A stretch of DNA of 64,000 bases from Octopus sinensis (Eukaryota): the NCBI RefSeq assembly GCF_006345805.1, contig NC_043003.1, positions 75,454,001-75,518,000 on the forward strand, in the 5' to 3' direction. The number at the start of each line of letters is the position of its first letter. The stretch's first letter is position 1. The translations under genes were made by a program, and so were the position numbers. The notes beneath the pieces are model-generated. The model saw only the letters and a list, made by a program, of their open reading frames with translations. It did no database searches and was not told where the DNA came from. Positions 27,036 through 41,340 of the stretch are shown here, piece after piece.

Positions 27036-30000
27036 TTTTCTATATATAAAATATAGCGGCGTAAATACACCTTGGTCTCTTATATATATGTATATATACA
27101 GTACATGTATTAAATGTTAATTTAAGGGTCAATATGTAACTGTAAATACTTTACAACTTAGCAACTGCTGCGATAAATATTTACTGGTAATTGAATGGTA
27201 AATGTAATGTATACTTTTATATACCTTTGAGCTGCCATCTCATTGTGTTTTGTCGAGCGTTTACCCTCCAGTCGTTTTTTCTGTCAGTCAACAAATATAC
27301 ACCGACACACCATTTCCCTCCCTGTCATGAACTTAAAGTCGGGAAGTTGCCGAAGTGTGATCTTGTTCACATTAGGATATAGACTATTCCTTTATTTCAA
27401 ATATAATAGAAATAAGAATTAAATGTGAAAAAGTAAAAGTTTTATTTTCTTATCACATTAGAATAATCACATTAGGCTTACCACATTAGAATTAAAGGTG
27501 AAAGCTTAAATGTGACACAATATATCTTTTGACATGTAATACAGAACCAGTCTAAAAGATTGCTCTGATCCGCATTAGGCAAGAAGTTGAAAATCTTTTT
27601 AGCCCATGACACTACATGGACTCTAGATAATTCATGTGATAAGTCATAAATACAACAGAATTTAAAGACAAAATAGTTTAACAAAAGCGAATTAATATTA
27701 CTGAAATTATAAACCTGTTAATTGAATACATAATTATTTATGTAAAAAGATGTACTTTCAAACGACTTTAAAGTATGCTGCTTCTGGAAATACTTTACTT
27801 CATGTGAAACAAAATTCTGGATGAAACTACAATGAGCAAATGATGAAAAACAATTTTGAATGATTACTTCCCTGTTGGAAATAAAGATTGGAGTACAAAA
27901 CATACTTAGATTTAACCGATCGTTGGCCGTTATACTTCACGAAGCTTGTGGTCATGAAAGGACGTGAATATCTGATATTTTCGCCAAAAAGGAACCACAA
28001 CTGATAAGTGGGAAATATTTCTTTAGTCATCGCAGTGTAGTATATGACGGGATTAAAAGTAAGAACTTGAAATTTAATGCAAAATTTAACGTACAGCTAT
28101 TTAAAATACACTAAATTTATTGAAGTTTGCGTTTTTCACTAACACAATAAGAGTAAAATCAGAAAGCCTACACGTTAACATTCCGAAGAATTACATAAGG
28201 ATATGCGACACTTCACGCAGAGAAATCTTGAAGCAATGCTGTGAGAATAAAATCAAGAATAACTAGAACAATTACATTAATAAGTGGAAACACTTTGTTT
28301 GCAATTTGTAATTTGATTTTACTTTCCAATTGCGATAACGCTAAGAGCAATGCAAATAAAAGCGTATTATTTGGTAACCGAATAATAGAAGATGGAAGAC
28401 TTGTTTTAACGAAATATAAGATGCGTCAAAGAAAATTGTGAAAACAATAAATGACAAAATTAGGAAAATAAATCATTGCTAACATACGTCATGACAACAG
28501 ACTGACAAGTTTATTGCAAAGGTAATATGGGAAGACTCTTAATTGTTGATGTAGGCTAGATTAGGTGAACGTAAAGAAACAGAATCTTGAATCCTGGGAA
28601 ACTAATGGCGAATGTCATCGACAAAAACAGTTAGTAATAAAGTTTAAAGTAATAAGATTTCCATATGTTGTGATGAGAAGGGGTTGGTTTTAATGAAAAT
28701 AGCCTTTTCGCAAACACTTTGCATAAAAGCCGACAAACATACGTTTTAATCATATAATAGTTCCAGTTTTGATCTTACAGTTATGTCAAATCATTGCATT
28801 AGAAACACTGGTTCATTATATTTACGCTACAAGACTACAGAGTACTAATATCACGTGACGTGTTATGGACTATTCGGCAGCTGATGTACTTAGAACTGAA
28901 AATATATGACCAAACCTCGCTGTAAATTAATACAATTTTTGATTTCAGTTCATATTATTTAAGAATGTGTGCCACATTGCTCCCATCAAACATGTTAGAA
29001 TACTGCAATAGGGGCAGTTTTCAGATATGTAGGTTAATGTTCACATTAATGCCTATCTCGAAATGATCAATAACTATTTTGAAAATAACATCAAAATATT
29101 TTCGGGGAAGTTCATAAATAAAAACGACAATATTGAGCAGGTGTTTGCTTGCCTCTCAAAGAGAAAAGATCTAAAGTTTGATAAGCATCACTAACCAGAA
29201 AGAAAATACACATTGAGGCCAATATCATGTTCAGTAAGATAATTTCCCCTTTAATATGCATGTCGTTCGTAAAGGAATTAATTATTGTTCGGTGTGAGTT
29301 ACAGAGGTGGAATTTCTGCATTTGGAGTTCAAGGATTTGTAAATAATATGCCGATAGCAATAAAAATAATTTCACAGACACACACTCACGCGATTATTAA
29401 TAGTGTACATGCAGATGTGTACGGGTGTGTGCATGTGTGTAGGTAGTATATGGGTTTCCAGTTCACATTGGAGAAGATATTACAAGGAACAAGTAGAATT
29501 CCAAAAGATACCGGGTCCATTAATCTGCCTTTAGGTTGATTCGAGCTCGTAAGGACATGTTTTATCTAATCTACGAATGGGGAATCTCATGGTTGCAGGA
29601 GGCAGCGTTTGAATTGGATGCAGAAGCCATACACCTCTTGTCGGGAATATGATAATCCTGGTTCCAGGGAATCTCTGTGGATCCTTGCTCGCTTATCTCT
29701 GCAAAGCTTGCAGCGACAGTTCTCATCGATAAACAGTCACGACCGCGCTATGATACTCCATTGATATCATATGGGGCCCCTTCGTCTTTAAGGCACCACA
29801 CGACGCTTATCAGGGACGTCATGAATCATCTTTCAGGATTCTGTTAGATACTGATGGTTGTGGCTATCCGTTTACTGGAACAAAGCTGAGAGCTAATACG
29901 GTATCCACCCGAATATCACACCCCTTCAAAATCCCTTCTGTGTGTATATGTGTGTGTGTACTGTAATTATATCTTTATGTACTAATCGAACTATCAATAT

Positions 30001-31114
30001 CAATAAACTTGGGGAATAATGCTAAAATGGCTGATACGTTCTCAAGAACAACATCGACTTTCTAGAATAATGCCAATAACAAATTTACTCTCCTAGTTAC
30101 AAGCTCTATAAATTGGACAGCCATATCTAGGGATATAACAAAGAGATATATTAAATTTAAAAACTGATTGTAGTTGCAACATTATTCCTTTTAACACTAG
30201 TAGCAGTATATGCTGTAACAACGGTTTCTTCTAGCAGCCTCAATTATGTATATAGGAATAACAGTAATGCGTCTTCGCTTTCTACTTCTCTAGCTGATAG
30301 TAAAATAAGCAAGTGTAACTGTAGAGTTGTTAGTAGCATTCCAGTGATTGGTAACTTCCTAAGACAAAGAAATGGTCATATATATAAGTGTAATGTACTG
30401 ATGCGTAATGCATGCAAATATATAGGCTCTATAGAAAATTACTTTAAATATCAACAACCATTGTTTTTCTTGCCCAAATCATGGGTGCACTTCTTTCTGA
30501 ATTGAGCACAGTTGTTTTTGAAAACTCAGGGTATCTATTTTAAACCTATAAGGCTATATCTAATGAAGATGATAGGAGGATTACTGCTTGGATACCTGCA
30601 TGGATCAGGAATTTTGGCTGCTACATGAAGATTTCCTAATGGTAAAGTTTGTAGAATGATAGCGGTGATAGTCAATGGCAATCATAGGATGCTCAGAATA
30701 TTCCATTATTTCCAAACGTGTATTAACTATGTTTATAAGAAGCCTCGTCTGCCAGTACGCAGATCTTTCATAAAATGCCATAGAAAGCAACGCGTATTAC
30801 CTAAAATAATTTATTGATATATTCAACACTATCATTTCTTCTTTCAAACACTTGCCTTTCTATATATATATATATATATATTTATCTGAATTTGGATTAA
30901 ACAATTTGAGAGCTACGAGTAATATCATTCTAAACACTTAGACATTACTCTTTCTTCTTTTTACTAATTTGCTAATTTACCTTCTTTAGTAAATATATGT
31001 ACAGAAATATTGCATGCTTTAGTTATTGTATTTGAAAGTTTTAGAATTTTTTTGATTAAATGGTTATGTACTAACATGTCTATGTACATATATATATATA
31101 TATGTGTGTGCGTG

Positions 31115-31163
<49 letters not shown>

Positions 31164-31717
31164 TTGTGTGTGTAAGAACAAATCTTATTTTACTACGCTA
31201 GTACCTTTTTATTCAAGCTATATTGATATGCTTATGTTTAATTTATGAGTTACTTTACTATGTTTAATGGCAAATTCATATAATCACATCAATATATTTA
31301 ATATGTGGTAAAACATGCATGTTGATTTACAGATGGATTACATACGTATGTGTTTCTATCTTAATAAATTCTTTTCTAAAAGCGTATGCATAAGAGTGTC
31401 GCATTCATGTCAATGTATTATGAACAAACACGCCAGATGAGCACACATAAATGTATACGAATATATGCATTATACATGTATATATATAATGCATATATGT
31501 ATATATGTATATATAAAAATAAGATATAAGGAGGATCGAAGCGCCACAAAGATCAATCACTAAGAAATAAATGACATGACATGACTTGATTATTGGGCTA
31601 GACTTAAACAGCAGAAACTCTTTTCTTTGCAACACGACCGTGAGCGATACATTATTTGCCTCATGTAGAAAGTATTCTACCAAAATGATCGAAATGATAT
31701 CGGTATTATGCTTACAA

Positions 31718-32050
31718 TTCACCCTCGATTAGACCCCCGAACAATGTGTCAGCTAAAAAGGTTGAAATCACATCAGATAAGAACATTGTGATACAATTCA
31801 TTCACTGCTACTCGTCCTGCTCTCTCAATGTTATCCGAAAAGAAATGAAAGTAGAAAAAGGCCCCACAACTTTCAAACTGTACCTGGAGAAATTCCTCTA
31901 GGAAATACTGGATAAACCACATGCACCTGGATACGTCTCAACCAACAACAACTCTCAGCTTGAGTGGTCTATGTTGTCCCGAAATAATTAACTAAAAGAT
32001 TTTTCCAGTTATGGCCAGGGACGATAATGGCCAAAACTAATCTAAGTAAC
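31718..32050 (+). mobile_element. CR1/L2-type LINE 3' end
   Basis: HPRL..YNSFTATRPAL, KVEKGPTTFKLYLEKFL*EILDKPHAPGYVSTNNNSQLEW resemble the C-terminal (FK..LDKFL..IPD.P...GY) tail of CR1-group ORF2. Confidence 0.6.
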
Positions 32051-32081
32051 ATAATTTACCTAAGTGTACACTAACACACGC

Positions 32082-32151
<70 letters not shown>

Positions 32152-33313
32152 TATATATATATATATATATATGTATATGTATATATATATATGTATATAT
32201 ATATATGCATATATAGTTACAGGACGTCACCAATTGTGCAAGCAACACAAAATACGTAAACGACGTGAGAAAATAGAAAGGGAAACACGAAAGTAAACAC
32301 AGAGAAACGAACCTTCATCAGTTGTCGGCTGTCTATTATGAGTCTTCAAAGGCAGTTGCTTCCATAAATTCTAAAATAAAATTTAGGATTTATGGAGGGT
32401 CACATTTGGAAACAAAAATAGGAGACATACAAGGAAACCAAATGGAAAAAAAAATACATAGACGTTCCTTAGACTAGAACAAGAGGAAAATAGTGAACAC
32501 TAAAATAATTATTCTCTTTGAAAACAGAAAAGATAGAAGAGAGAGAAATAAAACGTCTAGTCCTTTGAGCGTCCGTACAGGAAAAGAAAGATGGTCACGT
32601 AAGGAAAAGAAATATGGACAATGGTCACGTTGGAGCAGCGAGATAGGGGAAAAAGAGAAAGAATGGGACATATATCTGTGTGTGTGTGTATACATTGTTT
32701 ATATTTACAGAAGACAACCACGAAGACATGTGAAGGAACATCAAACAGTTGTGTTAGTTTGATGCGCAGGATGGTATGTATATTTATGTATATATGAGTA
32801 TACGTACGCATTCAGCATTGTGAATATGCATCAGTATACGCGTGAGATATCGTCTATAAGCAAAGTACTGCTAACTGTAATCCCTTTCACGAATGCCTCC
32901 GTATGAATTCCATCGTATTACTTTATTTATGTGTGAGAGTATGTTGCTTCTTTTCTACATGTGGTGAGATATGTTTGTCAATGCCTGGTCGTTTGATTTA
33001 ACTTTTGCAGTCTGTAATTCAGTTTTGCTAATATATTTTTCTGCTTTTATGTTTTGCTTTTATATTTAACTCGCAACGACTTAACCCCCTTATCTACATT
33101 ATGTTGCTTAATCTTGTCTCACTCAACACTTACATACTAACTTGTATTTCTTCCATAAATCCTCCGATATGCTAAATGTCTATGAAATTTGATATTTGTA
33201 ATGTACCAATGTATATTGTTTGACTACTAACTTTCTTTCTCAAACCCCGTGACATTGTTTCAAATTTAAGGAATAGTCTTTGTTTTATAATTGTAAATTC
33301 TAAATTTCTCTGA

Positions 33314-33825
33314 TAATGCGGTGCGAAATTTTTCTCCCACGAGAGTTCCGATTTCCAGTAATAAACTCATTTGCATACAACCAATCAGAGCTCACCTTGA
33401 CATTGTCAAGTTAACAAGCACACTCTACCAAATAAATTCACAACGAACAACGGTGTTGTAAATCGATTTTATAAGGGGACAAGTAATTAGATAGATCTGT
33501 ATCTATACCTATTATTGAATTGTAAAGATATGGATAGGGAAAATGTGGATAGGAGTGATGTGCTAGCAACCCTATCCCCTTACTGTTTTAGGAAGTAAAC
33601 AACAACAAATAACTACACTGAGGTAACCATGGCTGAAAAAAGAAGAACACAGGCATTATCAACAGAGAAAACACGCATGATCATTCCTTACCCAAGTGAC
33701 CTTATCTTATCGCCCATCACTTGTTATGCGCTCATAAATTAGTTTGAGAGTTGAGCTCTGATTGGCTGTTTGCAAACGAGTCCATAACTGGGGTCCGAAG
33801 CACTCGTGGGAAAAATCGCATAATG
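33314..33825. mobile_element. ~500-bp MITE-like element with ~75-bp TIRs
   Basis: TCCCACGAGAGTTCCG...TTTGCATACAACCAATCAGAGCTCA versus TGAGCTCTGATTGGCTGTTTGCAAA...CACTCGTGGGA. Confidence 0.7.
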
Positions 33826-33994
33826 AAGAACAGTTGATGTACTTGTTAAACATCATTTACTCGATGTTACTTATATTTATTACCTATGCATTATTTAAAT
33901 ATCAAAGATGATAACCAATTACTAAATCTCAGTCATGATAATAGATATTTACCAACAATACTCTTACTCCATTTGTCGACGCCATACTACCAGC

Positions 33995-34200
33995 ATCTTT
34001 AAAGCGGTGAGCTGGTAGAACCGTTAGCCCATCGGAAAAAATACTTTGCAACATTCCATCCTCTTCATGTTCTGTGTTCAGATTCAGCATTGCATCATTT
34101 CCGGGTCGATGAATAAGTACTAGTTGAACTTTGGAGTTGGTTTAATCCACTTAGGGATGATTCAAAATTGCTAGCCTGAGCAAAATTTTGAAGCCATTAT
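33995..34200 (+). mobile_element. Degenerate tRNA-derived SINE
   Basis: GCGGTGAGCTGGTAGAACCGTTAGC head and GGGTCGATGAATAAGTACTAG body as in the 54.3/57.6 kb family. Confidence 0.6.
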
Positions 34201-34964
34201 TGCCAGCATCTTTCGCCTCCTAATTTTCCCAATATTCATTGATCCTATATCAATTTTTGTAATTATTTAAACTTATATAATGGTAACTATAACATGCACC
34301 AAACAAAAGTAAATGTTCTTGCGAAGCTAGGTAAGTAAAATGCAATCATATGAATGATTACGTTCCTCAAAATCGGAAACCACATCGTATGAAAGATACT
34401 CTGACGAAATAGATGCATGCACATATCGCAAAACAAAAACCGGAAAACATAAACGGAATAATTACAACAGCGTGTAAATGTAATTATTAACGTGGTTAAG
34501 ATATTTTATTCTTTCTTTTCCATTAGATTTACTAGCGCATAGCAAAGGCAAATATTCATGGTTGGTACATTTGCAGAGCTTCACCGACATATGAGACGTT
34601 GATACATCAATCGATTTTAGAAAATGTTGAATGTTTTTAAATTGGGGATTCGATGCCGAAAACATTTAATCATTGATGCTTCAATAATGTCAAAATGTTT
34701 TATTGTATTATTCGTTATTGGTTACCGGTTACGCTGAAAGGGATTATAACTTTTTAGGATAATTCCACAAAAGCACGCATAACAGGTACCCGTGCATTTC
34801 TAATAAATTTAAATGACAACGACAAACATACATACATACACACACACACACACAAATATATATATATACATAGGTGCATGCACATATCATAGGTATATGT
34901 ATATATGCATATACATGTACATGCATATATCATATATATATATAATATATATATATGTATATAT

Positions 34965-35044
<80 letters not shown>

Positions 35045-35071
35045 TATATACATGTACATTCATATATCATA

Positions 35072-35925
35072 TACGAGGCTTGATCAATATGTATCAGGAC
35101 TGTTGCCCTAGTAACGAATCCTTAGCACTCGGAGTGAAGCCTCTTGACGCAGACTGACCTGACGTTGAACACCGTGCTCTTTATGGCAGTACTTGGAAGG
35201 AAGGTGTGTAGCATGTGATCCTCGCATTGACCATGACAGAGGACGTTGTCATGGTGATACCTAGTTAGAGGCCTACTTAATGTTGCAAAAAGTGTATGGA
35301 GAGGGGTATATGAGCCGCACTCAAATGTAGGAGTGGTTCAGACGTTTCGAAGATGGCCAGAGAAATGTCGATATTGACGAAAGTTCTGAGAGACACGCAA
35401 TGAGCAGAACTGAAAAGAAGCATCACAGATGTGCGTGCATCTGTGAAGAGAAATCGTCGAATAACCATCCGTAAACTATCAGAGGATGTGCACATTAGTT
35501 ATGGTTCAGTTCAGTCTATTATCACTGAAGATTTGGGTATGAGATGCATGTCATCCAAATTTGCGCCAAAACTGCTTTCATCTAACCGAAAAGACAGGGT
35601 TTCAGTAGTAGATCTTGATTGTGTACAGAACGATGAAAACTTTTTGAAAATGTGCATAGGCCTCTGAGCAGGTATCACCAAGCTTTTCGCAAAATTTGAT
35701 GCAGCTTCTCTTCTCAACTTTCTCTGCCATGGTCAATGCGATGATCACACGCTATACAACTTCATTCCAAGTACTGCTGTATACAAGGAAAGTGAGCTAA
35801 AACATTGAAATTCGGTGCGCATGCACATTAGAGTTCAAGGTCCGTTTTTGGCAATTGGTTCTACTTGCGTGATTTAGCTTCGTTACTATGGCTATTGTCC
35901 AAATACTTATTGAACAGACCATGTA
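35072..35925 (+). mobile_element. Mariner-derived element built from two opposed 5' ends (long inverted repeats)
   Basis: TA at both ends; TIR CGAGGCTTGATCAATATGTATCAGGAC. Plus strand LQKVYGEG..WFRRFEDG..RRITIRKLSEDVHISYGSVQSIITEDLGM..FAPKLLS; minus strand MAEKVEKRSCIKFCEKLGDTCSEAY. No catalytic domain. Confidence 0.85.
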
Positions 35926-36011
35926 TAATTGCATATACATATACATGTATATATCATATATATATATGCACATACATGCATACGTACATATATATATATA
36001 TATATTATATA

Positions 36012-36061
<50 letters not shown>

Positions 36062-37499
36062 GTAATACATGCATATATACATGCATAATTATATACATAT
36101 ATACTTACATACATACACGCATACACGCATACAAACGTATATACATACATGCATACATACATACATACATATATACATATATACGCACTTACACATCTAT
36201 GTACAAACAGAGAGAACGTGCAGGGAGTAATTTGTAGACAGATACTAGTTATTACAATTTTAGTTTTGTTCACACTTTTTTAAATCCGTGAGTTCGTTTC
36301 CCAGACAGCCCATTACCCAGTGTGCTAGGGCTCGTTAGCTTATTTCAGGCTAATTCAGTCCCCCCCCCCCGATAAAAGAAAAACTACATTTATTGAAAGT
36401 GTGGTGGTGTTTATATGTAAGATAGTGCATCCCCTTCCGATATTTTTGCTTAGAAACTAGATAAAATCTATGTTAATAATTATAAATTACATCGCAAACC
36501 GGGAATAGATTTTCTAAACATTTTAATGAGAATAAAATAAATTGGATATTTTATTGAACGAATATCTGTTAGATGATAACAATGAATATTATATTGATAG
36601 CATTATTGATGTCATTTATAATAAACCACATCAAATAACATATTAATTATCATTGGACTATTAATCTAAATTCATCATAGCATAGCATGAAAAATGAAAA
36701 TTGGAAAATGGAGATGAAGAGGATGAACAAGAAAGTAAAATTAGTTTTGTCTTAAGAAGGAAGAAAGCATGATTTAAATAAATACAAGTAAATTATGAAA
36801 GCATTTATTAGGCTTTGTAATTAGCCGATAGCTCAGGTGCTCTCCGAGCAATTTCTTAATTAGACAATGGCTCTTAAGACTCACTGAAAGCTAATTTATA
36901 AAGTATTAATCTACAACAATAATAAAGAAGATCAAATGAAATAAATCATACTAAATGTGATGAGGCGGAGATGGTAATAAAACTGCCATCTTAATGCGAT
37001 TGATTGTCTTTCACAATGAACATTATTATTACGAATTTTTTCCATCAACTTCGGATTTGAATTTAATGACGCAGCAAGACTTCTGTCAACAGTTTAGTAA
37101 TACACCAAGAAATGCATACGAAATATTTTTGTACATGAAAGCTTTCAGCCTTAATATATGCTAGTACTAGCGTATGTTGTCTTTAAAATATTTTATTGAC
37201 TAGTTTTGAAATTTAATTATCCTTTAGAGGGCATGTTTCAATATTCATGCGATTGTAGATAAAATTGCAAATTGTCGCTTATTTTAGCTCTCAATCAGTA
37301 GATTGCCTTGAAGAGACACACCATATAACTACATGGTCTTGTACAAGTACCTAGTATTGCAAGCTTCCATGTATCAAAGACCCACAACCTTCCAACATCG
37401 AAAACTAATTCTTGATATGAACGCCAAGCTTCTGATATGGTGTGCTATGTGAACTTAGATATTATGAATAATGCATTGTAAAATACATATATTTGATGG

Positions 37500-37800
37500 T
37501 AGTCACTCGCGTCCGAGGAAGACGGTTCTGTTTTTTCTTGCAAAACCACCATGATAGACGATTTGAATAAAGAGATATATAGGGATGGTGAGAGTGAGCT
37601 TATTTGCTCACTCCCACCATCAAATTGACATTGCCAGAGAGACAGGTGTGACACACGTCTGATGTGGAAGTAATATCACACCAAGATGAGATTAAGTGTT
37701 CTGCTTAACAACGCAATGCAACGCATTATCCGGTCCGGGAACAGAACAAACTATTTAGTGATCCTGGGCGCAATATCTTAAACACTGGGCCACGACACCT
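37500..37800 (-). mobile_element. tRNA-derived SINE
   Basis: Reverse complement head GGTGTCGTGGCCCAGTGTTTAAG (A-box-like) ... TTCCCGGACCGG; body boundaries approximate. Confidence 0.55.
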
Positions 37801-37842
37801 ACATACACATGTACACACGGCAAGTTTATATGTATATATATA

Positions 37843-37948
<106 letters not shown>

Positions 37949-38167
37949 ATATATATATATTATAATATATAATATATATATATATATATCGAATCGTCCG
38001 TGAATTGACATGCACCTCCTTACCACAACGTAATTTAATCTCGATACATTTGACCGGAAGAGTATCCTGTTGTATACACCTCAGTTGAATATTTACCACT
38101 TCCAAGGTCCCGCTCGCTATAATAATACATATGTAACTCGGATATTATCAGCTCCATTCTTTTAATC

Positions 38168-38206
<39 letters not shown>

Positions 38207-38227
38207 TATATATATATCTATATATAT

Positions 38228-38311
<84 letters not shown>

Positions 38312-38322
38312 ATATGTATATA

Positions 38323-38362
<40 letters not shown>

Positions 38363-38719
38363 CATAAATATATATGTATACATATATGTATGTATATATA
38401 GTATGTGATAACGCTGCCACAACTCCCAACTCCTCTATCATTTAATTGTAAGAATAGGGCTCGGAAAGTTTTATGTTCCACCCCTCCCTCTTTTCTCTCT
38501 TAAAATTAGGACAAATTCAGGTGAACGACAATCAATCGCTTAAGATGGCTGTTTTATTAGCCTCTGCGCCCCAGTGGATTTAGTATGATTTATTTCATTT
38601 GACCGTCTTTATTATTGTTGTAGATTAATACTCTATAAATTAACTTTCAGTGACTTTTAAGAGCCTAATTAAGAAATTGCTCAGAGAGCACCTGAGCTAT
38701 CGGCTAATTACAAAGCTTA

Positions 38720-38960
38720 ATAAAATCTTCCATATAATCCCTTCCACAAGACTAACGAGAACCTTAAATATATCAATAAACACTCCTCTCATCCACCTTA
38801 TTGTATTGAAAATCTTAATTCCAAATATGAGCCGTAGCATCACATACTGTTCTTCTTCTAAAGAAATATCTTAAAATGCTGCAGCATATTATAATAAGGC
38901 CCTTCAGGATGGCAGCTTTATCGATAAAATATTCTATATCCCTCACCTTCTTCTATCATC
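38720..38960 (+). mobile_element. Penelope-like element RT C-terminal fragment
   Basis: YNPFHKTNENLKYINKHSSHPP, LIPNMSRSITYCSSSKEIS*NAAAYYNKAL resemble PLE (Y.PY.K.N....YIN..SNHPP; SS..EIF..A..YYN.AL). Confidence 0.75.
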
Positions 38961-39685
38961 TAGCCGTAAAAATAGGTCTCTGAAAGTGTTTTTATGCTCC
39001 CCACCATTTACTTTTAATGCTTGAACACTTGCGTAGATACCATAGATACAAGAAAATCGTTAACACACGCGCGATAAAAGTTACCATTTTTTCCGCCTAA
39101 TGTTAAGTCATGTATCAATAAACCACGGATGACTCAAGCCTGCTCTGGATGTACATGTAGAGACCAATCTCAATGTTCTCTAAGACAGGCGTGTGATATA
39201 TTTTCAGTTGCTTCTCAAGCATATGCTTCAGCCAATTACGACAATATTCGCACAAATATGAAAACATTATATCGGCGTCGTGGAAGGAAAATCCCCTTCA
39301 AATTCGAACCATATATTAACGAGTCTACAAAATAAATGTTCAGTGTGTTCTCTAGAAAAATAGTCTCTGTCTTGTAAGACTTCAGAACCTCCAACGAGGA
39401 ACGAAATTTTTTTTGTATGTCCTCATTTCAAGAAATACATATCGAAATTTCAAAGTGGACAACCGGACACTTAGTAAACTATTAACATATGGTTTACGTC
39501 TGCTTGAAATAGTTGTAACGTTGGTTATCCGCCTTGTATTTTCTCTTTGTCTTCTTCTTTATAAGCGATCTTGTTTAAAGGTTATCTACAAAAAAGACAA
39601 ATTGATAAATGGCATAATAAATTGTTATCAGGACCAGAAAAACCTGGGTAGTTGTATTTACAAAGTTTGTGAGATGTTTAAAGAT

Positions 39686-39747
<62 letters not shown>

Positions 39748-39917
39748 GATACATACATATATACATGCATACATGCACACCCAAACACATATATATATAT
39801 ACTATATAAACAAATAATCAATATAAAGCTTAATTTATTAAACAAAGTTCAAAAAATTTCATTAAATAAATAAAATATAGCAGACTCGCTGTTAAAATGG
39901 ATTATAGTTTTGTTTCA

Positions 39918-40074
39918 TAATCCTAGACAATTGTTTCTGACAAAAGGACCAAGGTTTCCTTCCATAGAATATCACAAAGAGAACATCACTTACTGAAGAG
40001 TACAAATTCGACCGTTGTGAAGTTCTGCTTTTGGAAATCTAGGTCATTTTGTCAGAAACAATTGCCGGGGATTA
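39918..40074. mobile_element. 157-bp palindromic MITE-like element with TA ends
   Basis: TAATCCTAGACAATTGTTTCTGACAAAAGGACC versus GGTCATTTTGTCAGAAACAATTGCCGGGGATTA; inner stem GAACATCAC/GTGAAGTTC. Confidence 0.75.
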
Positions 40075-41052
40075 GGGAATAAAAAGATAATCCATTTTAA
40101 CATCTCACCTGCTTCCTTTTATTTACTTGTTGACATTTTATTGAACTTCGTTTAATAAATTAAGTCATCTATTGATTATTTATTTACATACTGCCATACC
40201 TGTACGATTTGATATATTCGTAAATAACGTATCATGAAAAGTCATTGAAATCTATGAAAACGTATTCTATTAAAGAACGAATATATATTCATCCGAATAA
40301 ATATAATATATAGAAAAGCAGAGTTAGTGGTTTTATTAACCGTCTAAGGGATAATAGTATCCGTATCAATTGCATGTGCAATACCTGAGCATTTGTATGT
40401 AGGCACATTATGCTCATAAGGTACAGACACCAACAGAATAAACAAACGTTTATCAGGAATTAAATTTAAATGATTAGAAAATGGAGACAACTTTTGATCA
40501 ACGAACAAACAAATTGAACCACATCGGTTGATCAGAGTTGATAACTTACCATCCACCCCGTGCATCAGAGCAACCACGACAAGCATCATCGTTACTATGA
40601 GGGTTATTAGTACTATTGCATACGAGCACCAAGCTCGCCACCATCATAGCAGTTAGTGCCACCACCGTCGCCTGTAGTGTTGAGGTTTGATGCTGTTGTC
40701 AGCCACCACTCTGTCAACAACTACTACAAGTACGTACACCAACGATCCGATCAACGACAACTAGCACCACATTTACCACCATCATCAACAACACTGATGT
40801 AGACAATGCTATCACGGCATTAAACATTATTAGAACCATTAAGCCCCACGTGGGTAATAAAAAATCAATTATTACAATCATATAAACAACCATTTCTGCA
40901 TTGATAGAGATGTTTGTGTGTGCGTGTGTACGAATATATCTGTATATATATGCTTATTATAACTGGATGTACATGTATGTATATATGTATGTATTTATGT
41001 ATGTATGTATGTATACATATATATGAATATATATGTGTGTGTGTGTGTGTGA

Positions 41053-41340
41053 AGGCGCAATGGCCCAGTGGTTAGGGCAGCACACTCGCGGTCGTAGGAT
41101 CGCGGTTTCGATTCCCAGACCGGGACCGGGCGTTATGAGTATTTATTGAGCGAAAACACCTAAACGCTCCACGAGGCTCTTACAGGACTGGTGGCGATCC
41201 CTGCTGTACTATTTCTCCACAACTTTCGCTCACTCTTTCTTCTGTTGGCCTGCTCGCTTTTTCATTTGAAGGCTAAAAAACAATGCGAAGCACATTGTGA
41301 CCAGCGATGTGTAGCAACATTGGTCAAGGTGATCACGGTG
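41053..41340 (+). mobile_element. tRNA-derived SINE (second head type)
   Basis: A-box TGGCCCAGTGG, B-box-like GGTTTCGATTCC, inserted in (TG)n; tail shared with 26605-26722. Confidence 0.8.

Noticed and set aside
40540-40670. Minus-strand exon with hydrophobic peptide and GTAAGT donor
   Set aside because: Lies in degenerate (ACC/CAT)n low-complexity sequence that generates V/A/M-rich frames; acceptor lacks a pyrimidine tract.
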